Below are positions 51,130 to 62,819 of a stretch of DNA of 64,000 nt, piece after piece (position 1 is the first letter of the stretch; each line of letters begins with the position of its first letter). Origin of the DNA: Okamejei kenojei (taxonomy: Eukaryota); the NCBI GenBank assembly GCA_035221665.1, contig CM069142.1:43276001-43340000 (forward strand), given 5' to 3'. Made by a program: the position numbers and the translations under genes. The notes below the pieces were generated by a model. The model was given only the letters and a program-made list of their open reading frames with translations. It did not search any database and was not told the DNA's origin.

Positions 51130-52745
51130 TTTGCACCCAAAATATCTCCAATAAAGAAAAGGTACGTAAATTTGTATCATTAATTTCCCCAGGGAAAAAG
51201 AAGATGTGGTGGTAAAGCCATACAAAACATCATTTTAAATACACTTTTACAGTGTAAAAACATTTTATTAAAATGGACATCTTCAACATTGAAAAACAGT
51301 TGTTATTAACCAATTGTTAATCATTACTATAAGACTCGAAGGATTTGTATTTAGTACCAATTTATTAATATATTACAGGTGCTTGAAATTAATTCGAATG
51401 GGTCAGCTGCGCAAGTTAAGATATTATCTAAAGGATTAAACTCAGTTCTAGGCTGTTCAATAATTACTGGAACAACAATTGTACTGATAAGAAGATCAGC
51501 ACTTGTACTATGAGGACATGGTCATGGTTTATCTTGATCACATTTTAAATTGGAAGGTTGATCAGGAGTCCGCTGCAAATAAGTGCAGCAATTACAAGCC
51601 TATTGAGAGGCAAGGGTTCTGACCAATCCAATAAAAGCTATGTTTTAAGCATTCATAAACATTCCTCAAATTACTATTCTGGGTTTAGGTAATTCAGCAC
51701 CATATGAGGGGGAAAAATGTTTTCCGAGATACAAATGTCTCATTGCTTTGTTGACAAACTTTGTCCCTCCATCAAAGAAGGAGCTTAAAGAGTAAAAAAG
51801 CTCCAAAAAGGGAAAACACAAGCATTATAAGAGTATGCAGGCCTTTTGACAGGCCTATGCAAATACCAAAGGATACGTTATCAGAATTAAAGTAGTGGAT
51901 CGAAAAGGTTCCACAAGCTGCTTTAAATATATAAGCTTAGCAGCTGTTACAAGCTGAAACAAGTATTATCGGACGATGGATAGCTTCTGTGATTATTTGG
52001 GTTAAGATAAGTATAATATCTATTCTTAATCAAAATAATATTGGATACGTCCCTTGTTTAGGGGACTACGGACAAATAACACCAGGGAATTGCAAATGCA
52101 TTTTCCAAAGAAATTTTTTCTCCAAACATTTGTATTAATTAATGGAGTATCAGGAGCTTTTTAAGGATTAAATGCCTATTATTCTATTATGAAAGTGTGC
52201 ATGTCATATCAGGTGAACAATACCACGGCTGTGGCTTATATCAATCACATGAGTCAAGTAAGATCATTATCAAGTGATTATCTGGGTAACCAGATGTGGC
52301 GTATTCTAAAAATGTTTTAGTTCAGCTGTTTATCTCTAAGGAAGAGACAATGTTGTCGCAGACAACAAATCAGGGGAAAAACATTGTCAGTAATATGGAT
52401 TCCTTACCATTAATCTGGTTGTATCCAGATTAAATCACCGATCTCTTAAATGTTCTCGTGGGAAAACCGAGAGCAGGAGTGGTGGATGCATTTCGCTAAA
52501 TTACATGAGGAAAGATGTTCTTTTATGTTCCTCATTTTTGTCTGATAGGGCAGTGTCTGATGAAAATGTAGCAGGACGCTGCCAGGGGCACTTTGGTGGC
52601 CCAAACCGGACCTTCATGGTTCTCATTAATGTTGAGAAGAGATGTTTGAACCAGTTATGATGACTCATTGTTGCAGTAATTTATAGTTGTACAAATTCAT
52701 CCAGGGCGTGAAGATATGAATTTGTTTATCTGCAGGTTTGACTAG
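51130..52745 (+). pseudogene. Highly decayed DIRS RT-RNaseH-MT region
   Basis: Collinear remnants VMVYLDHIL (51521), QVNNTTAVAYINHM (52210), SRLNH (52422), VDAF (52482), FCLIGQCL.K (52536), LFICRF (52721); many stops and indels. Confidence 0.75.
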
Positions 52746-53193
52746 ACCATTATAACAGTTTGATGGTCAAAGAGATCTATGAATGTTTTAACTAATATAA
52801 CAATATAACAATTATGTACAAAAGGAATGTTATACCTGCAATTTGGAGAAATAGTTTAAAAAACAATATTTTGTTTAAAACAAATTGGAAGTCTTTTGCA
52901 GACAGTAAAAGTTATTTTATCATATTAGATATATGGGAGCTCCTTGTGGATTGCATTTTTTCTCAGCATCTAAGTGATAGAGCCAATAATAGAGCTCATA
53001 GTGTTTATCATCCAATTTAGGACAAATTGCTGACCAAGAATTTATCGGGCTCATTCGTAATATCCCGATATGAAAAAGGGATATGTATATGTGTATATAT
53101 ATGTGGTTTTTTGTGACTAATACACAAAGCCAACTCTGTTCCTCTCAGAGGTTTAGTAATCTCAATGTAACGAGATAAATGTGAGACTACACA

Positions 53194-53800
53194 CTAGCGA
53201 TCATCTGCGGGGTATGCTGAAAACACAATCTTACATCCTGTCATGCCTCTTCTATTATGTTTAAGCAAATCATAGACATAAAATATAATGGCATCTGCCA
53301 ACACATGCATTCTATCTAGCCGTAGCTTTTGCAACGTTTGTACACGTTGAGCTGAAACCAACGCCATAAGCATGACCACCTTCATAGATAATTTGGCTAT
53401 AGATAGGCTTGTACTGGCGAAGAACCATAAGAACCTCACTCACATTCCAAATACCGGCATACCTGGGTTTAGGAGGATTAGAATTGAAAAACTCCCTTCA
53501 TGAATCGTGAAACTAACGGATGTGTCCCTACTGTATGCAATTTTGCATTCATAGGTAAATAAGAAGACAGAGCACTTCTGGCTGAATTAATCGCACTGTA
53601 ACTTAATTTTTGGTCGAAATAAAGAGTTGACAAAACTCCAATACGTCCGTGATCCCTGCAGTGTGATATACAATATTCTGCTGTAGGCAGAATTGCTCCC
53701 ACTTCCTTATATAGGTGATATATTGCTGCTGTGTACTATCCCTGCAGGCCAACGTGAGAATATCCACAGTCCGATGAGACAGTCCCTCTTCCCAGGTATG
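53194..53800 (-). pseudogene. DIRS tyrosine recombinase, N-terminal part only
   Basis: KLSYSAINSARSALS, HPLVSRFMKGVF, LMALVSAQRVQTL (first catalytic R). Truncated before the HxxR/Y motifs. Confidence 0.85.
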
Positions 53801-53806
53801 GCCTCC

Positions 53807-54664
53807 TTAAAATCTGCAAATTAACAGATCAATACAATCATATAAAGGATGTTGATCCCCAGTGACTGGATTTACCAGTAGAATTTTATTCTTGGGCATA
53901 AGCATGTAAGGCTCCCTAGCCATTTGTAATACAACGGGAAACCATGCTTGTGTAGGCCAATCTGGCACTACCAATACCCCTGAAGCGGAGTCCTCCTTGA
54001 TCTTTTGCAAACATCTGCTGATGAGACAGAATGGAGGAAATACATACACAAACATCCCTCCCCAATGCAGCGAAAACGCATCCACTGCTACTGCCCCAGC
54101 ATCTGGTTCCCATGAAACATATCTAGGTAACTGATGATTTAATCGAGATGCAAACAAGTCAATATCTGGCAATCCATACTGAACAATCATTTGGTTAAAT
54201 ACATCCTGATTTAACATCCATTCAATGTTGTCATTAAACTGACGTGACCTAGTGTCAGCTACCGTGTTGAACCTTCCTGGCAAATAAAGTGCTGAAAGCC
54301 AGATATTTTGGTCAATACACCAGCTCCAAATCTGGTTAGCCAGTCTATCACAAGACTGTGACTTAACTCCACCCATGTGGTTTACATATGCCACTGCTGT
54401 GGTGTTGTCAATCTGAACCTGCACATGCAGATCCCTCCTTGTAGAACAATAAGCTTTGAGCCCATACCAGGTGCACAACAACTCTAAATAATTAATCCCT
54501 CTTAATTGAAGTAGCGATGTCTCATCCACATTCCATCTGCCTCCACAATTAGAAAACATATCTGTTGCACCCCAACCCAGTGCACTTACATCAGTCTGTA
54601 ATATCAGTGATGGTGGTTCCACCAAAGCCTTCCTAAACTTTTTGAAACATGTACTATTCACCAT
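53807..54664 (-). CDS. DIRS RNase H + DNA N6-adenine methyltransferase-like domain
   Basis: QTDVSALGWG, INYLEL, DNTTAVAYVNHMGG, N.VAD.RSR; DIDLFASRLN, VDAF..W, YVFPPF, PDWPTQAWF. Frameshifted from the RT ORF. Confidence 0.85.
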   Translation of the reverse strand: MVNSTCFKKFRKALVEPPSLILQTDVSALGWGATDMFSNCGGRWNVDETSLLQLRGINYLELLCTWYGLKAYCSTRRDLHVQVQIDNTTAVAYVNHMGGVKSQSCDRLANQIWSWCIDQNIWLSALYLPGRFNTVADTRSRQFNDNIEWMLNQDVFNQMIVQYGLPDIDLFASRLNHQLPRYVSWEPDAGAVAVDAFSLHWGGMFVYVFPPFCLISRCLQKIKEDSASGVLVVPDWPTQAWFPVVLQMAREPYMLMPKNKILLVNPVTGDQHPLYDCIDLLICRF

Positions 54665-55596
54665 TGTATGTCAGCAATCGCCCCAGCTGACAACTGCATA
54701 GGCCTATCAAAATGGCCCCTTTGTATTCTCAGTGCCTGTTCCTTTGATTGTTGTAATTGTTGATAATGCAGAGGACCATACTGCACAGCTGGAAATGCTG
54801 CAACAAACTTCCCAATTAAACTGGCTACTTGTCTAATCGAAGGCCGTTGTTCTCCAATGAGATTAACACAGTCCTCAATTAACTGATTCAATTTATCCCT
54901 GGGCAAAGTTACCAACATGTTATTGGAATTAATGGTAAATCCCAGATAATCAATAATTTGGACTGGTGATAATTTAGATTTATCTGGGTGAATAACAAAT
55001 CCCATTTGTTCAAAAGTGATTTTAACAACTGAAACTGATGATTGAGTTTCAGCATGAGTCTTTCCAACAATCAGAATATCATCTAAATAGGCCACTACCA
55101 CATGCCCCTGAGCTCTAAGTAATGATAACACAGGTTTTACCAATTTAGTAAATAATCTAGGAGCTGAAGTTAATCCATTCGGCAATGCCCTGAATTGCCA
55201 CAGCTCAGTCATCCAAATAAATTTCAAATATCTTCTATCATCACCATGAATAGACACTGAGTAATACGCATTCTTTAAATCAATGGTTGCCATATAATAC
55301 CCTTTGGACACTAGATGTTTGCCCGTGGTAAAGGTCTCCATTTTGAAATGCCTATAACAAACACATTTGTTCAAACTCGATAAATCCAGAATAATTCTAC
55401 ATCCCCCAGTCTTTTTAGATCTGGGAAATATACTTGACAGAAATTGTTGACTTTGATAGACAGAAGGCTCAATTACCCCCTTTCTTATGTAACGACTGAA
55501 TCTCTGCTTGAATAAGCACATTTTCCTCATCTGAAAAAATAAGTTTACGACTAGGAAAATGTTGATTAGGTAGACTGTCCTTAGAGTAAAATTCAA
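54658..55596 (-). CDS. DIRS reverse transcriptase
   Basis: CRIILDLSSLN, HFKME, IDLKNAYY, LPNGLTSAPRLFTK, AYLDDIL, YLGFTI. Confidence 0.9.
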   Translation of the reverse strand: MNFTLRTVYLINIFLVVNLFFQMRKMCLFKQRFSRYIRKGVIEPSVYQSQQFLSSIFPRSKKTGGCRIILDLSSLNKCVCYRHFKMETFTTGKHLVSKGYYMATIDLKNAYYSVSIHGDDRRYLKFIWMTELWQFRALPNGLTSAPRLFTKLVKPVLSLLRAQGHVVVAYLDDILIVGKTHAETQSSVSVVKITFEQMGFVIHPDKSKLSPVQIIDYLGFTINSNNMLVTLPRDKLNQLIEDCVNLIGEQRPSIRQVASLIGKFVAAFPAVQYGPLHYQQLQQSKEQALRIQRGHFDRPMQLSAGAIADIQW

Positions 55597-55670
55597 TTTT
55601 TCACCCCTTCAATACTACTAAGTATGAACAAATCTGATGTCAACTGCTGCCATTGTTTGAGAAACAATTT

Positions 55671-56809
55671 TTAACCTTCCCCAATTTGAACAGGAACATC
55701 AGTTAATTCATCGTCTGTCAATGTTATATTCCTTACCTGCATCTTTCCTTGCGGACCTTGTTGTCCTCGACTTCTTGTAGAGAACCCCTTTTTGCCTTGT
55801 TTGCCAGCTGGCTTAATGAGGGCCATGGTTTTAACAACCTCATGACAGTCTTTGACCCTTTTTGCAAGGTTACCACCAAACAACAGATTTCGTGGTGGTA
55901 CACTGGTCGGTTTGCACAAACTCGCCAAATTCGGATTAGCACTGGCCTAATAGCGGCCCTCCCGATATTATTAATTTCAAAATGCATTACAAAGGAATCC
56001 CAGTTCGTCCTGGTGTGCTTCAACCATATTGCTTGTATCAATAACTTTCACCACAGCTGTAATACCTGCTGACAACAGGTTAAGCACTTTTTTAAAACTT
56101 CATCTCCTGGGCCCTAGCAGGCATACCCATCTATGACCAAATTTGGTGATTAACCACCGGTACCTTCAGGAGATCACAGTTAACAGGAGCTTTATAGTTT
56201 TTTGCTACTTCATCCATAGCTAGCTCCTGTAACTGGTGGGAGAGCATATTCTGAATTGCTTCGGCCAATTCTACATCAATCGCGTTTCCTGCCTCTCTAC
56301 GCTCAGCAAACTTCCCAGCAATGTTTGGAATTACCTCCAACCAAACTCCTTTACTGCTCTCCCCCAGCATAGAATCAGTGTCAGCAAACTGCACTGATAG
56401 AACATCCTCCTCACAGGCAGGATAGTTCTGCAGCCCTGAAACAGGTGCTGCTAGCACAAGCTCTCCATCAGCCTGGCTTGGGCACCACTCCTCCTCACGG
56501 AGCTGGTCCCTGTCGAGCATTCTTTTGTAATAGAATCTCGACGTGGGAGAGCCGTGAGCAAACGGACTCTCCTATGGAGGGTATAACCTCCAGGCCCGAT
56601 TCATCTACGGGCCACAGAGACTTGCCAGTGGCCTTCCACCCTACTGGCAAGCCTCCACTGCCCCCCGGCAGTGGGTCCGCAACCACTGGCTGTGTAGCCA
56701 GCACCGGACCAGGTGTACCAGACGGGCCTCCATCCACAACACTCTCCTGGCCACTTTCCTTTCTACCCCCGGAGCGCCTCGCCGACACCTTCTTCACTTT
56801 CTGCAACAT
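55671..56809 (-). pseudogene. DIRS gag-like ORF1, fragmented
   Basis: Fragments 56495-56809, 56131-56520 (PVNC..LKVPVVNHQIW), 55733-56041 and 55671-55928 (LLFGGNL) lie upstream of RT. Confidence 0.7.
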
Positions 56810-57456
56810 ATCTACCAGAACTCCAAACCGTTGCAGAAAATGACCTGTGGTAAAAAAATTTTTAAAACCTTACCTCCGTTTAAACTTACCGCTCGGAGGA
56901 GCGCTGCTGCTCCAACCGGCCGACTGCACCAACGTCTGACGTCAAGGACGCACCAACGGCTGTACGGGCTTCTATTCACGTAGTCACTCACCTGACTCCG
57001 AAGTAAAATATCACATCAGCCATGATCTTATTAAATGGTGGAGTAGGTCATACAGTTTAACCTATTTCTCTGTATGTTTGCATGTAAATGGACATTTTTT
57101 TCTCAGAAGAAATGTGTGGAGACTGGTGAAGTTTATGCGACACAGTACATGGGCTGCAGTGGTCCTTTGCTCTCAGGTCCTGAGTGGTGCTGCAAAATCT
57201 GCATTTCTTGCTGTTCCTATTACCCTTATGTGTAGGTGGTACATTTTACTTATGTGCTTTACAGACGATTCATGAGGATTAGAGGTCAGCGTTGCTTCAG
57301 GTGAAAATCATCAAGTTAGGCATTAGAACACCAATGAATTAAAGTTTTCATGCTGGTGTTGAAGCTTTCACAGTTTATCACAAATGACCAGATTTGTTAA
57401 ATTAAATTTTCAACACCAGGAATAGGTGTTTTTTCTGTCAAAAGGGACATTACATT

Positions 57457-57510
57457 GGGGTGGGAGATTGCAACCTTCACGTGGTCCGCCCTGTTTTGAC
57501 GAAGGCAATC
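57457..57510 (+). ncRNA. Minimal HDV-like (CPEB3-type) self-cleaving ribozyme candidate
   Basis: P1 57457-63/57486-92, P2 57466-72/57504-10, P3 57473-75/57483-85, L3 TTCACGT, P1.1 G57493, J4/2 CGAA with catalytic-C equivalent at 57500. Confidence 0.75.
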
Positions 57511-57595
57511 TACCTGGTGTGCACAATCAAATAAGATCAAATAGAACAAGTTGTCCTACAACTTTAGGCTGTGCATGAATATACTCAAGAAGAAG
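57457..57595 (+). mobile_element. Short ribozyme-headed SINE-like retroelement, copy 2
   Basis: Same 5' start and body as 21017-21158; tail CAAGAAGAAG; imperfect flanking duplication gacattacatt/gacatggacatt. Confidence 0.85.
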
Positions 57596-59294
57596 ACATG
57601 GACATTTATCAACAATAGAGGTGCTTTGGATCCATTTCCTTTGAATGTTCATTTATGAAAATATTGGAGATGGTGTACATGGCCGTTTGGCTGATGGTCA
57701 TCTGTCTGAAGTAGGGTTCCTACCCAAAATGTCACCCATCCTTTTTCTCCAGAGATGCTGCTTGACCCATTGAATTACTCCAGCACTTTTTGTCTATCTT
57801 CTGACTGATAATCAAGTTATCCAATGGAACCTCAAATAATCTGTTTTCAAATTGACACAGGAAATCAAGGCATTTCAAGATAAATCTGTGAACCATTCAC
57901 TGCAGGGGCAGGTAGAGGGTCTTGAGATGATGTTTTCTAGACTAGATCAAACATACCAACCATTTCCTAGTCTTTAACAGATTGTATCCATCGCCTTACA
58001 CAGCAGGGCTCGAGAAAGAAGGGGCAACGTTTTTTGATATGATGCTTCCTCCCAGAACCACAGACTCCTGTGGATTTCAGCATATGTACAATGCTAGAAA
58101 CAGGTAACTACAGAACCATTGCAGATACACACTTACTATGTAGGAGCCCAAAAATTGGGCTTGTAGTCAGAGAGAAATGTGAGCTTCATGATTAGCAGAA
58201 GTATTATCACATGTTTGACTTTCAATTTAGAATCCCACTAACAGGTTTTCAAATTGATTTGTACCTCTTAGAATTTACTACACCAGCGGTGTTTAAAGGC
58301 AGATCTAGGTAGTCAAAAATAGCATGTAAAAAGTATAGGATGACTCCCTCTAACAATAAAATGTTAAGCGGCAAATGGAATATCTTATTCAACCTATAAT
58401 TATGGGATAAATATATCGTATGTTGAAGTTAACACAACAGATGTGCAGCTTTGGTTTGTGTTTTATGTGGTTTTGAAAAGCCATATTGGAACTGAATTTC
58501 AAAAATAAAATGGCTTCTGCCAGCTGTGATTGTGGTGGGCTCCTTTGTTCTGTTACTGAATTGCAAATGCACTTCATCTGATTCAGAGAGAATTGACTTT
58601 GATCTTGCAGAACCTGTCACTTGCCTCCTTCTTTGGACACTGGTGCCAGACGCCACGTCTAATCCCTCTTTGATCAGGTATGGAGAAGTATTACTTCTGG
58701 TAAACTGTGAGAGCTCATGCCCAGAGACATCAGTGGATTGTTGGCTGGGATCCAGAATGGTTTCGGAAACCTCTTCGCGGGGTTTGCTGGTATATTAGGG
58801 CGGATATTTGAATAATAAGAGCTAGTTCCATGAAAACCAAAAAACTGCAGATGCTGGAAACCTGAAATAGAAATAGAAGATGGTGGAAACATTCAGCAGG
58901 TGAACCAGCATTAAGGGAATGATCTTTGACCTGAAATGTTAGCTCTGTTTTGTTGTCTCCAAAGAAACTCTCCAAAGAGTACTGGTAAATGAAGGGTGCT
59001 GGGAGTGATGTGTGCTGGAATCCCACTATCACACTAGTGATGCTTGCTGGAGAGGGATGGGTGCAGGAGAGAGATCCAATGGCATTTACTCACCAATAAC
59101 TTGTTCGCCGACGCCTAGCTTGGATTTCACTAGGTATGCTTGGCTCCAACCCTTTCCAAACATGAACGAAACAGCTGAATAAAGTGAGGTGAGAGTGTCT
59201 GCATCTGACATCAAGGTGGCATTTATCGGAATGTAATATCATAAGGAATCCAAGTCAAATTAACGTTACTGAACATTAAGGGGAAACCATTGCA

Positions 59295-60250
59295 ATAGAA
59301 ACATAGAAACATTGAAAATAGTTGCAGGAGTAGGCCATTCAGCCCTTAGAGTCAGCACCACCATTCAATATGATCATGGCTGATCATCCAAAATCAGTAC
59401 TCCATTCCGGCTTTATCCCCATATCCCTTGATTCCCTTAACCCCAAGAGCTAATTGAAAATTGGATAGGATGACACAGAGGAGGAGGGCTGTGCTCGTTG
59501 TTGGACAATTACCCTAGTCCCAAGAAATACACAAACATGGCATGTCACAAACAAAGCATAAGTTGGCCATTCCGGCCTTCTGACCAGCTCTACCATTTAA
59601 TAGGATCATGGATGAGCCAACTGTAACCATGGCCCTGCATTGCTATCTCCTCATCATCACCTTCCCCCCCCCCCCCCCCCCCCCCCCCTTGCTGTTCAAG
59701 AGTCTGGCTACCTCTATCTTACAAACATTAAAGGACTCTGTTTCCACCACCCATCCAGGGAGTTCTGGACTCGTCATTTTCTCAAATGACATCTGTCTGT
59801 CTTACACAGACGGCCCTCTCTCTTAAATAGTAACACCTAGTTTTAGATTCTCTCACTGCGGGAAAGTTCATCTCCATACATCCCCCATCAAGGCCCCCTC
59901 GGGATCTGTTCAAGGAAGTCACGTTGTATTCTTCTAAACTCCAGCAGCTACAAGCTGGACTGTCCAAACTTTCCTCGTAAGACCACCTGCCTCTTCCAGG
60001 AATTAGTCCAATAAACCTTCTCTGAACTGCTTCCAATACATTAACATCCTTCCTTAAATTAGGAGACTAGTACAGTACACAGTGCTCCAGATGTTGTCTC
60101 ACCAGTGCCTTATATAACTGAAGCATAATCTTGCTACTCTTGTATTCCTCTAGAAATAAACAATAACATTCTGTCGGTTTTCCTAATTATCCAGTATTTG
60201 CTGCACCTTCATGCTCGCCTTTTGCCAATTATGCATTAGGACACATAGGT
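59295..60250 (-). mobile_element. CR1 3' fragments
   Basis: Tail (tttcta/ctatg)n at 59295-59450; LEAVQRRFIGLIPG..WSYEE (59782-60036). Confidence 0.7.
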
Positions 60251-60494
60251 AACTGCAACTCAACAATAAAACTCTCTTGACTCTTGACCCTGGGAGTGAA
60301 GTCAAGGGGAAGAAAGTAGCAGGAGGCGGAGAGGGGGGGGGGAGGGAGAATGGGTGAAATACATGGGCCCTGTTGGCTGGAGGAGATTGCCCCATGTTGC
60401 TTGGTTTCTGTGTTTCCAATTAAACAATGTAAATAAGGAGGGTCACAGTTGCCTGCCCCCCCACCCCCACCCCACCCACTAGGGTATGGCAGTT

Positions 60495-60740
60495 CAAGGT
60501 GAGGGAAAACAAATTTGAAGGGAATCTGAGGGATTACATTTTACTCTCAGAGGGTGGTGAGTACATGGAATGAGTTGCCAGAGGAAGTGATAGAAGTGGC
60601 TACAATTACAATATTTAAAAGACACTTGGACAGGTACATGGATATGGGCCAAGTGCAAACAAACAGGAGGTGCGTTGCTAGGCATCTTGGTAGGCATGGA
60701 TGAAATGGGGCTATTTCTGGACAGGATAGTGCTATATGCG
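60495..60740 (+). mobile_element. CR1 3' fragment
   Basis: FTLRGW/QRVVSTWNELPEEV..TIFKRHLDRYMD. Confidence 0.75.
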
Positions 60741-61243
60741 GTTTGCATTTTATGCACTTTTCCTGTTCTGGAAAATGACATTGTCCATAACTGCCTGCCT
60801 TAATAAAATAATTCACTCATTGTTGCAATTAAACAAGCAAATAACGCAACAGGTTGTCCTGTTCAAGCTGTACAGTGATTTTGTTTGGTAAATAATTTCG
60901 CTGAATGTTGAATTATGCAGATGAAGAGTAAGCAGCTTGCTCCATCTAGTGGAAATTTTGGGGATTACTCTGAACCGTTGTCAAAAGACAGAATTGATGT
61001 CAAGAGATTGTGGTACCTGTAAAAGTGGCAATTCACCCATTATGACTAAGCCAGGACAATGTGAGGACCCCTTAGCCATAATATTCTACTGGGCAACAAA
61101 CAGGAACTCAGTGGTTTGAGCAGCATCTGTGGGGAGAAATATTTTTTTTTACGTTTCAGGTGGAAACCCTTCATCAGGATGTGATGCAAGACTTTGACTT
61201 GAATCATCAGCATTGCCGTTTCTCCCAAAGATGCTGCCCAACC

Positions 61244-61480
61244 CAGGGGCCGCGGAGCGTTTTTGAAAGTGGGGTGGGGGGGGGGGGGGGGGGAGCTGAG
61301 CGATCACTGATCACCTTTCTCGGGGGTACCCGGCGAGCGTGCAAAGCGACCAAGTGGTGGGAGGGGGGCAACCCCCTCCCACAATAGGGACTTTTAGAAA
61401 TTTGATGTATTAAAATCATGTTTTAGTCCATTGTAGAAGTATGATTTCAATGTTTTTGTTTGAAGTACTTTTAAGATAAT
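61244..61480 (+). mobile_element. Possible hAT-like MITE end
   Basis: CAGGGGCCGCGGAGCGTTTTTGAAAGTGGGG(G)n start; only one end visible. Confidence 0.4.
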
Positions 61481-62819
61481 GTAGGTCCTACATGCTAGAT
61501 AGGAGCAGGTGATTATTATTTTTGACCCGAAACGATACGTCACCCATTTATTTTCTCCAGAGATGCTGCCTTACTGAGTTACTCCAGCATTTTGTGTCTA
61601 TATCCCCATTGCCTTGCCCTTCCTCCCAGATTTTTACAAGGTTTCCCCTTCAGTGCTAGGCCCAGCCATCTTTGTGAAGGGTCTCCTGAAACATTGTCTC
61701 TCCACTCTCTGCCGAGTTTGTCATCTGCGATTGCTTCTGGCGTGATCATCCAAAGTCCATGTTGTACGTCTCTTGGAACAACTTCTCCTTGTTTGTTCCA
61801 CCACAGGATTGTGACCGTGCTCTCAGTCTCCTACTCCCCTGAGTAGCTAAATAGCCCAAGAGTCTACACATGACTGAGACCTTCCATTGTTCACCCATTC
61901 TGGCTTCCTTACGAACTCTTGACATCCTTCCAGGTGTGAGACCAGAGCTGACTCTGGAATCTATCCGGGGTTAGCCAGTGTTTGGCATGGCAGCACTCTG
62001 TGTTTTTTGTTCATGATTCCTCTATAAATAGGAGCAGGAAGGTTGGGTTGTTCAGCAGCGTTCTCCTTTAGTCCAACCCCTTGACCTCGTGCCCTCAGAC
62101 CCCTCCTCCCATCACTCATTTCCACACGGCTCGGTGTGTGAGGGTGGGAAGCAAAGATCATAGAGCGGATGATCTTTGGTGGGAAGCCTCCACGCTCCCT
62201 CCCTCCCTCCACCCCACCACCCCCCTTCACGTTCACCGGCCAGCTAGCCGGCCCCTACCACGGTGAGTTGGTGACCCCCCTGCCGGTGTGTTACGGGTGA
62301 GCTTGGTGCAGACACTGAACCATTCGTGTCGGTCACTAAAGTACATCTGCTGGACTGGCCGCTAACTCCCGAGGGGAAACATTGCTAAATGTTTAGCAAT
62401 TTAGCTGCAGCCCCCTCGATTCCAAAGCCCATGCAACCTCTTAATAATGTGTCGAAATAATTATTACTTCACATCTGCGGCCAGGATGTGACATTGGCTA
62501 TGAGGATATTTTGGATAATTCGGATTTTGAATCTGTGGCTTCGAACTGGTAAAAGAGTTTTCTTTTAAAATGGCGGTCGCTGGAGCTGATTTCTTACCGT
62601 CAGAGTGAAGTGGAATGCTTGACTCAGCTGCCTGAGCTCCATCCACCGCATGGCCGACACTGGCATGAGGAGGGTCACATGGTGCTTGGCAGTTGACTCC
62701 TGCTCTGATCTCGATCTGGCGGTGAACGTCCCTTCTACCTTCCGAGGGAATTCACCTCCATCATCCTGACCGCGGCCCTGACACGGAGAGCATTCAACAA
62801 ACCCCAAACGTTTTGGCTT

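Larger units (their letters stand above)
49421..57010. mobile_element. DIRS-type tyrosine-recombinase retrotransposon composite bounded by inverted termini
   Basis: TATTTTACTTCGGAGTCA(C/G)GTGAGTGACTACGTGAA at 49421 (+) and 57010 (-); no TSD; DIRS coding on both strands. Confidence 0.85.

Noticed and set aside
53807-54170. Horizontally acquired bacterial or phage adenine methyltransferase
   Set aside because: The MT-like domain is a normal component of DIRS1-type pol, in frame with RNase H.
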